Positions 12,501-24,104 of a DNA stretch of 64,000 nucleotides are shown here, piece after piece (position 1 is the stretch's first letter; every line of letters starts with the position of its first letter). The stretch is from Eledone cirrhosa. Its lineage: Eukaryota. The DNA is taken from positions 98,146,001-98,210,000 of the forward strand of contig OZ024744.1 in assembly GCA_964016885.1 (NCBI GenBank). The letters are read 5' to 3'. The position numbers were made by a program, and so were the translations under genes. The notes below the pieces were generated by a model, which worked only from the letters and a program-made list of their open reading frames with translations, was not told the DNA's origin and did not search any database.

Positions 12501-12566
12501 TATTTTATTATATATATTTCAAGGGCAACCAAGGTAAATTTTGGTGCGCTTTCATCAGATAAAATA
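12501..12566 (-). ncRNA. Minimal hammerhead ribozyme in PLE pLTR fragment
   Basis: tattttat-CTGATGA-aag..ctt-GAAA-tatata-TA-ataaaata; same family as 6789 and 23484. Confidence 0.7.
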
Positions 12567-12779
12567 CAAAATTTGTTTGATAAATGTGACAAACCCGTAG
12601 AAAAACAACCTTGACGGTTGAAGGTTCTCTGGATAGTGGAAAACATTTTTTATTTAGAGTAATTCAAAGTTATGTGTGAGTATGCAAATGAATGACAGAA
12701 AGAGTTGAAAAAACAACGGTTTATTTAAATTATACTGTTGGAAGAAGAGAGAGAAATATATATATATATATATATATAT

Positions 12780-12996
12780 TGTAATAAACAACAATACAAT
12801 TATTCCATTTGCCAAAGGTTTTACAAAGACAGGTGACCTCGACAGAGGTGTCCGAAGTCGTTCAACAGAAAGGTAAATCTAATATATTTAATATAGATTT
12901 TCCTTTCTGATGAACCTTTCGGACACCTCTGTTGAGGTCGCCTGTCTTTGTAAAACCTTTGGTAAATGGAATAATTGTATTGTGTTGTTTATTACA
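12780..12996. repeat. Palindrome of a pLTR-like repeat with a degenerate hammerhead
   Basis: Arms 12780-12881 / 12894-12996; related to 4045-4140 and 19435-19590; GAAA core mutated. Confidence 0.7.
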
Positions 12997-13254
12997 TAGT
13001 TAAACAGAGCACACTTCCTTCCTTTACCTTTTCTACGGAAATACTTTATATATAAATATATATATATATAAATGAAAGGTATAGAAAACATTGTAGCAAA
13101 AAGCCAACAGTATTCCATAATATATAAGTGACTATAGCGTCAAAATGGAAAAAATAGTTAGCGTAAGACAATATATATATATATATATATTTAAAAATAA
13201 AATTTTTAAACTAATTCCGTTTATTTCTTATTGATTCATTTAGTTATTTTATTT

Positions 13255-13942
13255 TATTTAAACGTTTATAAATCTTTACAGAATGAAAATATAAATAAAT
13301 ACAATTAATATACAAAGCATATAAATAAATTTACAGTAGAATAACATAACAAATATGTTTTAAATATATACATGAATAACACTACAAATGCTTAAATAAC
13401 ATTATAAATTGCTCGCGATTCTTCCAGAAGGATATATTCCTTTAATGTTGCAATATTAAAGAAAATATAAAGGAAGGGGTGAACAACGGAGCCACCACCA
13501 GAGTAAAAGACAGCAACGTCGCGAGTACTGGGCAACCTCTCTAATGATTTTTTAGGAAAGCCAGCACACTCGCAGCGTTGCCTCGGGTGATGGCGAGGCT
13601 GATGCGCTGGAACAACCAAGCGCCCTCGCCAGATTCGCCAGTTACCTCTATTAGGCGAGCCGCCAGTGAAGAGAGGAAAATTGCAGTCAGCAGCCCGACT
13701 CCCCCAAACGCCTCGAAAACCACAGGCTGGAAAATGTAGTTGGCCGACAGATCACAGTATTTGAGGGTCTTCCTCCGCTCGGCCGCGGAGGCTGTGGTTC
13801 TCGCCCTAACCGCAGCATCCAGGGTGTGGGAAGAAGCAAAAGAGTTACTAACAGTGACGTCCCAGACAAAGCACCTGCCTCTCGACCAGGGGCCACAGGG
13901 TAAGGCCGTCAGGTCTTTTGCCGTCACTTCTGGACAACCCAA
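13255..13942 (-). mobile_element. CRE-clade non-LTR retrotransposon 3' end (RLE domain plus 3' UTR)
   Basis: VWDVTV..AAERRKTLKY..FQPVVFEAFG..FQRISLAITRGNAASV. Confidence 0.8.
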
Positions 13943-14144
13943 ATGATTCCAAGATTAAGAGGATGTTCGTCCTGTTTTATCAATCCAATTCCTTGTTGTT
14001 ATATAATATTCTCTATTATATAACAACAAATAGTTTTCTTTGTAGAATAGATTTCCTATTGTAATGAAGGCCACCTTCGACTCCCTCTTCGTCCAGTCAG
14101 ATCAGTTTACAAGGTGCCGCTTACTATCAGCCAGCGCCAAATAC

Positions 14145-14715
14145 TCTCTTCACTGGCGGCTCGCCTAATAGAGGTAACTGGCGAATCTCGCGAGGGCGCT
14201 TGACTGTTTCAGCGCATCAGCCTCGTCATCACCCGAGGCAACGCTGCGAGTGTACTGACTTAAATCAAAAATCATTAGAGAGGTTGCCCAGTACTCGCGA
14301 CGTTGCTGTCTTTTGCTTTGGTGTTGGCTCCGTTGTTCATCCCTTCTTTTTATACAGATATTATCATCAATCCATTGTCCTAATAGTTATCTAAAAGAAA
14401 CTTAGCATAATGAGGCTGTTCGCTAACTTTGAATAAATAATATTGTAACATTAAAAGACTATATCTTTCTGAAAGAATCGCGAGCTATTTATAATTGTTT
14501 CTACTTTAGTCACAAGGCCAGCAATTACCCAGTGCATTACTGGTACTTTATTTTATCGACCCCGTAAGGATGAAAGGCAAAGTCAACCTGTTGTCTAAGC
14601 AGTTGTAATGTTCTTTATGTATATATTTAAAACATATTTGTTATGTTATTCTACTGTAAATTTATTTATATGCTCTGTTTATATTTTCATTCTGAAAGAA
14701 TTGCAAACGATTTGT
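14145..14715 (+). mobile_element. Second CRE 3' end, inverted relative to 13255-13675
   Basis: Diverged reverse complement of 13255-13675 with a SINE fragment inserted at about 14495-14590. Confidence 0.8.
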
Positions 14716-15204
14716 AAAATAAAATTAAACTTTATTTACAATTGTATAAATAACATTATATCTATAACAAATATATAAGTTAAATAGAAGTACATACATG
14801 AAAGTAATCATTTTGGCTAGGAAATTTATAAATATAACACAAAATCTGATGGTGGGGGAGGGGGTTACTCTCACTTTGATTAAGTGTACTATATTTATAA
14901 AGCTTCTATTATAATGTTTAATTTTTTTTTTTTAAACGTCTTCTCCCGTCTACTTTCTTTCTGGTGAAATAAAAAAAAGTTTTAATGTATGTCTTCCTTT
15001 TACAAATCATAAACATCAAATAATTTTAATACACACCATTTTTTGCTTATAAAAATGAAATTCTTGACATTGCTGTTCTGTTTTGATGCAGCTCCTTGCA
15101 GCTTGTGCAATCTAACAGCTATATTTTATCTGGTGAGCGGATATGAAGTCACAGATAAAAACAAATGCACTTACTTACATACCATAAATAATAAAATAAT
15201 TAAA

Positions 15205-16160
15205 CAACAGAACCCTCTGTGTTCAGAGAACGTGAGGCCGCCTGTGAGACGTGGGACCAGTTGGGACTTAGCCCAGTAGACGTCCCTCGTCCTTCTCTCC
15301 CTGTTGACGTCAAGTCCTCCCAACGCACTTGGGATGCCATCCAGTGCAGCCTGGCCTCAGACAGGTTCACGCGCCAGCTCGACCAGCACCGCCTTGCTTG
15401 TTTTCGTGCGACCTCCAAACCCCACAGTGGTGCCTGGCTCCATGCCCTGCCCTCCTTCTCCACTGACACGCAGCTAGACAACCATAGCCTGCGAATCGGC
15501 GTTTCCCTGAGGCTCGGCCTCCGGATCTGCCAGCCACACCAATGTCGCTGCGGTTCCACCGTCGACTCTTTCGGCCTCCACCCACTTCCCTGTCACCACA
15601 GTGCCGGCCGCATTCCACGCCATACTGCCCTCAACGAGGTCATTAAGCATGGCTTGGACGCACCAGGCTTCCCTTCCCAGCTGGATCGAGGGGACGGCAA
15701 AAGGCCAGATGGCATGACCATCTTCCTGTTCCGAGGTGGCAAAGCCCTCGTCTGGGATGCCACTTGCACCGACACTTTCTGCAGCCGCAACCTGGTGCAG
15801 TCTGTGACTGACCCAGGTTCTGCTGCACGTCGGGCTGATGGGGCCAAACTCCTCTAATACTGGTCACTCTCCGACAAGTTTGCGGTCGTTCCTCTGGCAG
15901 TGGAAACTTCTGGTGTCCTCGGTCCCAGAGCTACCTCCTTACTCACCACCATAGGCGCTGAGCTGGCCAGCCGTAGGTGTGACGCCCGCGAGTTGGAGTG
16001 GCTTGCCGTCTCCCTTGCCGTCCCCCGGGGAAACGCCTTCTCCATTCTGTCCGCCGGGGCTGTGGGTGGGCCCCATCGCGTACCAATACATTAGTTAAAT
16101 ACCATTCTTTCATCTCATACAACACAATAAAGTCTATAACATAAAAAAATAATAATAAAT
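15205..16160 (+). mobile_element. CRE-clade non-LTR retrotransposon, 5'-truncated
   Basis: SGAWLHALP, LRLG, CxC..H...C knuckle, RH, RPD..WD and PLAVETSG..RGNA motifs; A-rich tail. Confidence 0.85.
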
Positions 16161-16278
16161 AATGATGTATTAAACAAATAATATTTTAGTCACTTATTAA
16201 CTTACACACAATTTACAATAATGCTATTATTACATGCATTTAAAAAACAAGAACTGCATTTTATTTACATTTTACGTG

Positions 16279-16609
16279 ATAAGTAAAAGCGAAGTAGTTT
16301 TAGATGTTCAAGTCCTTTAATAATAATGCTGTGATATATATTTCAATGACGACACTGGCCACACTGTTCTGTGTGCGAGTGTTGTGACATCATCAGACAG
16401 CTTGTTACATAATAAGGTTATGTTTCCGAGGCAATCCAAGTTGAATCGACATGGGAATGGACGAAGTGTGTGCTTTTGGGTTCTTCATCCGTTCCCCTGT
16501 GAGTACCAATTCACCCCCACCGGTCTGCGCAGGTGCATGTCTGAAAGAAGTTGACCATTAGCTACCGCCGATTTCAACGAAATTCGCTTAGTCAGTTCAC
16601 CCTCTCAGC
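16279..16609 (-). repeat. PLE-type pLTR, left arm of an inverted pair
   Basis: Reverse complement of 18704-19033; third partial copy at 19715-19968. Confidence 0.85.
16328..16401 (-). ncRNA. Hammerhead ribozyme with long stem II
   Basis: Reverse complement of 18912-18985. Confidence 0.7.
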
Positions 16610-18692
16610 ATCGTTTAACGTCCATCTTCCACGCTTGCATGGGTTTGGACGGGAGTTTTCCTACTTGAGGCAAGAGTTGTTGTGTTGCTCGCATAGGACT
16701 GTCTGGCGAGTTTTCTACGGCTGGATGCCCTTCCTAACACCAACCACGTTTACAGTGTGGGGCTGGGAAGTTTTTACCGTGTTACCTATACGGCCACATT
16801 ACAGCGTGGATTGTGTGTTTTTTTGTCGTGACACCTACACGACCTCATTTGTTTCGGACTGGATGTTGTGGTACCATCATAACTTTACATTGAAAGGGGT
16901 GGTGTGGATGAAGTGGGGGTAGTGGGACGGGGGTGTATTTTTGTTAGAGGTGCCTACTAACTGTAGTAGGTTTCACTTTGTACTTAGGTAAGGCGGGTCT
17001 TCTGTATTACTGTGTAGCGCCAGAGATCTCGGTCTAGTGACATTGTCTTGGAGAGGTGTAAGTGTGTGAGGTCAGAATTTATCAAGTCATCCCAGGTTTT
17101 TCTGGGTCTGCCTACTCTGTGGCTACCGTCTATTTTTATTGCCCTGCACTTTTTTATACAGCTGTCGTCTTTCATGCGCATCACGTGACCATACCAACTT
17201 AGTCTTCTCTCGAGTAAACAACATCTGATCCCTCTTATTTCTAATTTTTTCCTTAGTTCGTTTATGCTTTGCCGTTCACGTATATTACTATTACACATCC
17301 AGCGGAGCATGCAAGCTTCGTTCCTCTCCAGTCTGCGTATATCCTCTGCACACAATGCCCAGGTCTCACTGCCATGTAACATTGCTGTTCGTATGCAGGC
17401 ATCATACAGCCTGCCTTTCATTTTTAGAGAGAACCCTTTAGCGGCTAATAGTGGTATAAGCTCTCTGAACTTTTTCCATCCAGTTCTGACTCTAGCTACT
17501 GTACATTCAGAGCACCCTCCACCACTGCTGATTTTGTCACCCAAGTAACGGAAGGTGTCCACTATTTCTATAGAACCATCTGTGCAATGGAATGAGCTAG
17601 TATTCTGTGGGCACTTGCTGCTACTTATTGCACCAGAGCACCAGCCACATATAAAATCTATGTTCTTAGTTAGCTTACCTGTGATCCCACTACATCTTTT
17701 ATGCACCCATACTTTGCATTTGGGACATAAAATGGAGTTTCTACCTACTCCTTTCCTACACACTGAGCATGGCCATTTCCCGGATGGAACCGGTGCCCTA
17801 TTTTCTTTCCTACAAACTAGAACTTTAGTCTTAGACAGGTTAATTTTAAGGCCTTTTGATTCTAGGCCCCGCTTCCATGTTTGGAATTTCTTCTCTAGTT
17901 CAACATTGATTCAGCTATGAGCGTTAGATCATCTGCGTATAGGAGTTCCCATGGGCAGCCGGTCTTGAACTCCACTGTTATAGCCTGAAGGGCAATAATA
18001 AATAGTAGGGGGCTAAGAACGCAGCCCTGATGAACACCAACTTTTACGCTAAACTCTTCACTATATTCGTTGTTAATTCTAACCTTGCTGACTGTTTCTT
18101 TATACATGGCTTGTATAGCTCTCACAAGCCATTCATCAACACCTAGTTTTCTAAGAGCCCACCAGATAATGGAGTGGGGGACTCTGTCAAAGGCTTTCTC
18201 CAAGTCGACAAAAGCTAAGTATAGGGTTTACTTTTAGCTAGGTACTTCTCCTGTAGTTGTCATACAATGAAAAGAACGTCTGTGGTACTTTTACCTGACA
18301 CAAACCCGAACTGCATTTCATCTAGATCAATTCGCTCTCTGATTAGTTGTGCTATTACTTTTTTTGTGACCTTCATGACCTGGTCGATTAATTTAATGCC
18401 TCTATAGTTACCCCTATCTAGGGCATCTCCTTTACCCTTGTAACAGTTAATGATGATGCTGCTATGCCAGTCCTTCGGAACAACCCCATTCTGTATGACT
18501 TGGTTTACTATCCGGGTGACCATGGTGTGTCCCACCGTTCCAGAAGCTTTCAGCATTTCAGCAACTATTTCCGAAGGCCCAGCCACCTTACCCGTCTTCA
18601 TATCTTTGATTGCCTTACTTATTATACTACCTTCGACTAACACTGCTGGTCCCTCTATTGGATCGATGTGGGGGAGACTGTCTTTCTCCCAT
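16609..18692 (-). mobile_element. RTE-clade LINE, 5'-truncated, frameshifted RT
   Basis: YKGKGD..NYRGI, QFGF, KAFD, GVHQG..LSP, LLYADD, Cys-rich insert, RLSWYGHV. Confidence 0.95.
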
Positions 18693-18703
18693 TTATTTGT
18701 TTG

Positions 18704-19033
18704 GCTGAGAGGGTGAACTGACTAAGCGAATTTCGTTAAAATCGGCGGTAACTAATGGTCAACTTCCTTCAGACATGCGCCTGCGCAGACCGGTGGGGGT
18801 GAATTGGTACTCACAGGGGAACGGATGAAGAACCCAAAAGCACACACTTCGTCCGTTCCCATGTCGATTCAACTTGGATTGCCTCGAAAACATAACCTTA
18901 TTATGTAACAAGCTGTCTGATGATGTCACGATACTCGCACACAGAACAGTGTGGCCAGTGTCGTCATTGAAATATATATCACAGCATTATTATTAAAGGA
19001 CTTGAACATCTGAAACTACTTCGCTTTTACTTA
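18704..19033 (+). repeat. PLE-type pLTR, right arm
   Basis: Inverted copy of 16279-16609, followed by (TA)n. Confidence 0.85.
18912..18985 (+). ncRNA. Hammerhead ribozyme with long stem II
   Basis: gctgt-CTGATGA-..acgatact/agtgtcgt..-GAAA-tatata-TC-acagc. Confidence 0.75.
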
Positions 19034-19383
19034 TTCTATATATATATATATATATAATTATATATTCGTGTACAGATATTTGTGCATACTCAATAACAAA
19101 ATATAAACAAAAGTATTTATTTCGCGATAAAGTATTGATTTTCTTCGCATGGAAAAATACCCTGGTAATCTATGAAGAATTTTTCTTATAAGCACAAAAT
19201 GTAGACACCATCCTGAGGCCGAGGTATTCTGTACTTCTCTGTACTGTTTTATATATATATAATTATATATTCGTGTACAGATATTTTTGCATACACAATA
19301 ACAAAATATAAAGAAGCGTATTTATTTCACGAGGCTCAATAAGGATAAATATATATCAAATATATAAGAACCCTAGAGGAAAT

Positions 19384-19413
19384 CCCGAGAAACGCCGGGC
19401 CATTCTGCTAGTA
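19384..19413 (+). mobile_element. Helitron 3' terminus
   Basis: cccg..cggg hairpin followed 8 nt later by CTAG|T. Confidence 0.6.
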
Positions 19414-20737
19414 TAAAATAAAATATCAAATAAAATATCATTCTGATGAGCGATTTCAGACGTCTGTGTTGAGCTCATCTGTCTTCATGAAATGGAATAA
19501 TTGTCTTATGTTGTATATTACATAACTAAATAGCTCTGTAGCATACATAGAGCACTCTCCTTTCCTTTACCTTTCCTACAGAAACACTATATATATATAT
19601 ATTTATTAAAATAACAGATTAAAGTTTAAGCAAAGAATCGCTGCGATTCTTTGCTTAAACTTTAATCTGTTATTTTTATAAATATTTGCTCTACGGTTCT
19701 TATATATATTTATCCACTGTTCTGTGTGCGAGTGTCGTGACATCATCAGACAGCTTGTTACATAATAAGGTTATGTTTTCGAGGCAATCCAAATTGAATC
19801 GACATGGGAACGGACGAAGTGTGTGCTTTTGGGTTCTTCATCCGTTCCCCTGTGAGTACCAATTCACCCCCACCGGTCTGCGCAGGCGCAGGTCCGAAGG
19901 AAGTTGACCATTAGCTACCGCAGATTTCAACGAAATTCGCTTAGTCAGTTCACCCTCTCAGCCAAACAATGACCCACTTAGGCCTGTACCATAGTTTACT
20001 GCTTCCCATCCCGACTGTGGCAGTCAGCCGAAAGCCAGAGGGGATGGGAGAGTGTTAGTTTTTACAGGTCACAAGACAACCTCTCATCAAGCATGGACAG
20101 TACCACTGACCATCAACTCCTAAGAGAAAATAAACTTAATTCTAGGTATCATGGTTTTACATTGGAAGTTATGAGTGAGAGTTGGAAATAAAAATTAAAA
20201 TCCTAAATCAAATATCAGAAATTATAAATTAAACAATTAAAAAATTAACAATTAGAAATTAAAAAATTTTTCAAGTGAGAATCCGGAATGAGGTGAGTAA
20301 AAAAATATAGATTGAAGTGAGTAAATAATATGGAGAGAGATGTTTAAGTAAGAAGTTCTGAGAGGGGTTCTAATGTCACAGTTACACTATCCACATATTG
20401 AACGATAGTACCGTACAGTAGAACGGAGGGTAAACTACAGTATTCAAGGCAGTAGTCAATCTGGTACACAGTCATAATTTCCATCACATGGAACAAAACC
20501 AAAGAAAAACAGACATAAAGTACACAAAAGAAAAGCACCAATAATGAATAAATGCAAAAACACAGAGTACATATATGCAAAATGATCCATATGATTGTCA
20601 ATTTGTCAATGTATAGATTGAATTAAGAGGGCTTCTGTTCAAATGCGATTTGGTGCAGGTCGATATTTACTCCATCACACCTATGTGGAAAAAGTACGTT
20701 GAGTGCTTGAATTGAATTGCATCAATGTTTACCCTAA

Positions 20738-20777
<40 letters not shown>

Positions 20778-21237
20778 AGATTCAGCGATAATTCCATTTT
20801 CGGCGGGCAGGAAAAGCGAAGCGAAACACAAAAATCAGAAATGATACTGGCAAAGTGCTCAATAGTTAAAAACCAGAGCTAAACAATGTGTTAAGAAGCC
20901 ATACAAAACTGAAAAGGTGGTCAAGAAAGCATTAACCACCCAAGCCAAATACGAAAACAAGCTAAACAGGTCAAAACAAAATAAATGATAAAAAAATATA
21001 AAAAATAAGTGATAACCAGACCTGGACTCCCGTCCTGTACTGTCCTTAATGTTATACTTTGTGTCAACCTTTGTGGTTAATAAAGTACCAGTAATGTACT
21101 GGGTAATTGCTGGCTTTGTGCCAAAAGTAGAAACAATATATATATATATATATATATAGTAGATATATATATATATAGAAGATCCCGTTCAGGGTGAAAG
21201 CAGCGATTCTTTGCTTAAACTTTAATCTGTTATTTTA

Positions 21238-21315
<78 letters not shown>

Positions 21316-21317
<2 letters not shown>

Positions 21318-21615
21318 CAATTGAAAGGTTGTGAGTTCAATTCTCAGACCGGGAGATGAGTTGTGTCCTTGAGCAAGACACTTTATATCACATTGCTCCA
21401 GTTTACTCAGCTGTAGAAATGAGATGATAGGGACTGGGGTCCATATCATTCCACTGCAAAGTGGTCGTGGAGGTGCCACGGCAAAAAAGCACCCAGCACT
21501 CACTGTAAATGAGGTTGGTGTTAGGAAGGGCATCCGGCTGTAGAAATCAAGCCAGAATCAGTTCCCGTCCTACCCTTGCAAGCAGGGAAAAGCGGACGTA
21601 AAATGAAATGATGAT
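21316..21615 (+). mobile_element. tRNA-derived SINE with RTE-derived tail (other copies 27690-27972 -, 48688-49040 -)
   Basis: GAGTTCAATTC B box, tccttgagcaagacactt, ggaagggcatccggctgtagaaa (Meta-domain-like), tail matching RTE 43536-43595. Confidence 0.8.
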
Positions 21616-21761
21616 ATATATATATATATATATCCAGAGGTCTGATGAGCTTTTGATTCCAGAGTCAGGTTAGATTGTTACAGATCGAACCTTGAGCAGA
21701 TCAGTAGCAAAACGCGCGTCAACAACCAATAAACGTAATGAAGGAGTAACCATTCGTCTTT

Positions 21762-21808
<47 letters not shown>

Positions 21809-22014
21809 AGGGCGGTGGATTGGCAGTATCGGTAGAGGGTCGGATGCCATGCTTTCCAGCATAGTTACGTCCCTTTACGATCTGAGTTCAAATCCCGCCG
21901 AGGTTAACTTTGCCTTTCATCCTTACGGGGTCGATAAAATAAAGTACCAGTAATGAACTGGGTAATTTGCTGGCCTTGTGCCTAAAGTAGAAACAATTAT
22001 TATTATTATTATTC

Positions 22015-22586
22015 TTAGCCGGGAAGGGCAGGCAGTTTTTACCTGCCTGGTGGCCATGGTAAAAGAGATTGTATGGTAGACATGTCTGAAAGGGTTGAAG
22101 ACGGGATGGCTACTTCCCTCTTCGGTGACGCCCTCATCAACTTTTTCAGGTTTCACCTGAAAAGGAAAATCAGGGTGGAGAGGGAAGTGCTGCCTTCCAG
22201 CCAATTTATTGAGAGGTGGGTGAGAGAAGCAAGAATGGCCCGTGTGAATGGGCCCACCCTGAGCGTGAGCCTGTAGCATCGTAGGAGGAAAACTGGAAGA
22301 GGGCACTTGCCCTAGCGGTCAGGGTAAGCGTAGCTTTTTTGTGGGCTTTCCCCACGAGCGACTCTCAGAAGTCTTCCCCCCCTCCTCCCCCCCTATTGGG
22401 GAATTTTTCATTGTTTCCTTTTTTTGTTACATCCTCTGTTTTTTTTTGTTTTTTTTTACACACAGAAATGCCCATTTGTACCGTCCTGTACTGTCCTTAA
22501 TGTTATACTTTGTGTCAACCCTTGTGGTTAATAAAGTACCAGTAATGTACTGGGTAATTGCTGGCCTTGTGCCAAAAGTAGAAACA

Positions 22587-22590
<4 letters not shown>
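22015..22590 (+). mobile_element. Tx1/L1-like LINE 3' end carrying a SINE-type tail
   Basis: AVFTCLVAMVKEIVW..FFRFHLKRKIRVERE..FIERW; the 3' UTR end is repeated at 21030-21137. Confidence 0.6.
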
Positions 22591-22637
<47 letters not shown>

Positions 22638-23058
22638 TATAAAGAAAGAGAGTAAAAATAACAGTGTTTAAGTTAAAACAGAAAACTAATTTCTTATCAA
22701 CATATATTTAAAAGGATTATAATGCCTAGTTCTTCATCCATCTAGGAAACTACATTCTCTTCTACCTCAATTCATGCATTGTGAGGGCTTAAACATTGTT
22801 TCTAATTATAATGATTTTATTGGGTCTATTGTATTAAGTTTAATGGATCTATTGTATTAAGTTTATTAAGTCTATTGTATTAATTTCAAACAGCTCCAAC
22901 ATTCAATGTGTGTCCCATTTACTGATACCATTGCATATATACAATGAAATGTATGTTTCCAGAATATATCACGTGAACAACCTCTTGTTTATTTGGTTTT
23001 ATACTAGTGTTTATATGTATAGTTGTCTGCTGTTGTGTATATAATGACTGCAATAGTG

Positions 23059-23105
<47 letters not shown>

Positions 23106-23241
23106 AGGTGAGTTTTATTGTAGTACAATAAAGCAATGCAGATATCAGATAAGAAGCACTCTACAGTTTGTAGGACTGGAGTATACATAATATATAAGAA
23201 CAAAAGATGGCCAAAAGAGTTCCATGCATTTTATTATGCGC

Positions 23242-23272
<31 letters not shown>

Positions 23273-23483
23273 GCAGAGGTTATATTTAATTTGTTGGGAT
23301 TCAACAAGCTTAAAATTTTTTTTTAATAACTGATATAAATAAAGCACTCAACAAGTTGGTGGAGTAAATATACAATATATTAATAAATGGAAAGACAACC
23401 TCAACGGTTGAAATTCGCAAATTTCAACCGTTGAGGTTGTCTTTTTTCCGGGTATGTCAATATTTATTTATAAAACAAATCTG

Positions 23484-23549
23484 TATTTTATCTGATGAAA
23501 GCGCACCATAATTTACATTGGTCGCCTTTGAAATATATATAATAAAATA
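23484..23549 (+). ncRNA. Minimal hammerhead ribozyme in PLE pLTR fragment (23373-23595)
   Basis: tattttat-CTGATGA..GAAA-tatata-TA-ataaaata; short foldback at 23391-23445. Confidence 0.7.
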
Positions 23550-23596
23550 ATTATGGTTTTATAAATATAGTTTCCATTTATTAATATATTGTATAT

Positions 23597-24035
23597 CATC
23601 ATCATCATCATCATCATCATCAACGTTTAACGTCCGTGTTCCACGCTTGCATGGGTTTGGACGGGGGTTTTCCCACTTGAGGCAAGAGTGATTGTCTTGC
23701 TCGCATAGGACTGTCTGGCGGGTTTTCTACAGTTGGATGCTCTTCCTAACACCAACCACATTTACAGTGTGGGTCTGAGAGGTTTTTACCGTGTTGCCTA
23801 CACGGCCACATTACAGCGTGGACTGTGTGTTTTTTTATTGTCGTGACACCTACACGATCTCATTTGTTTCGGCCTGGATGGTGTGGCACCAACATAACTT
23901 TACATAGAAGGGGGCGGTGTGGATGGGGTGGGGGTGGTGGGAGGGGGGTGTATTTTGTTAGAGATGCCTACTGACTGTAGTAGGTTTTACTTTGTATTTA
24001 GGTAAGGCGGGTCTTCTCTATTACTGAGTACTGCA
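23597..24035 (-). mobile_element. RTE 3' UTR fragment
   Basis: Matches 16609-17015; (cat)n tail. Confidence 0.85.
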
Positions 24036-24039
24036 AAAG

Positions 24040-24103
<64 letters not shown>

Positions 24104-24104
24104 C

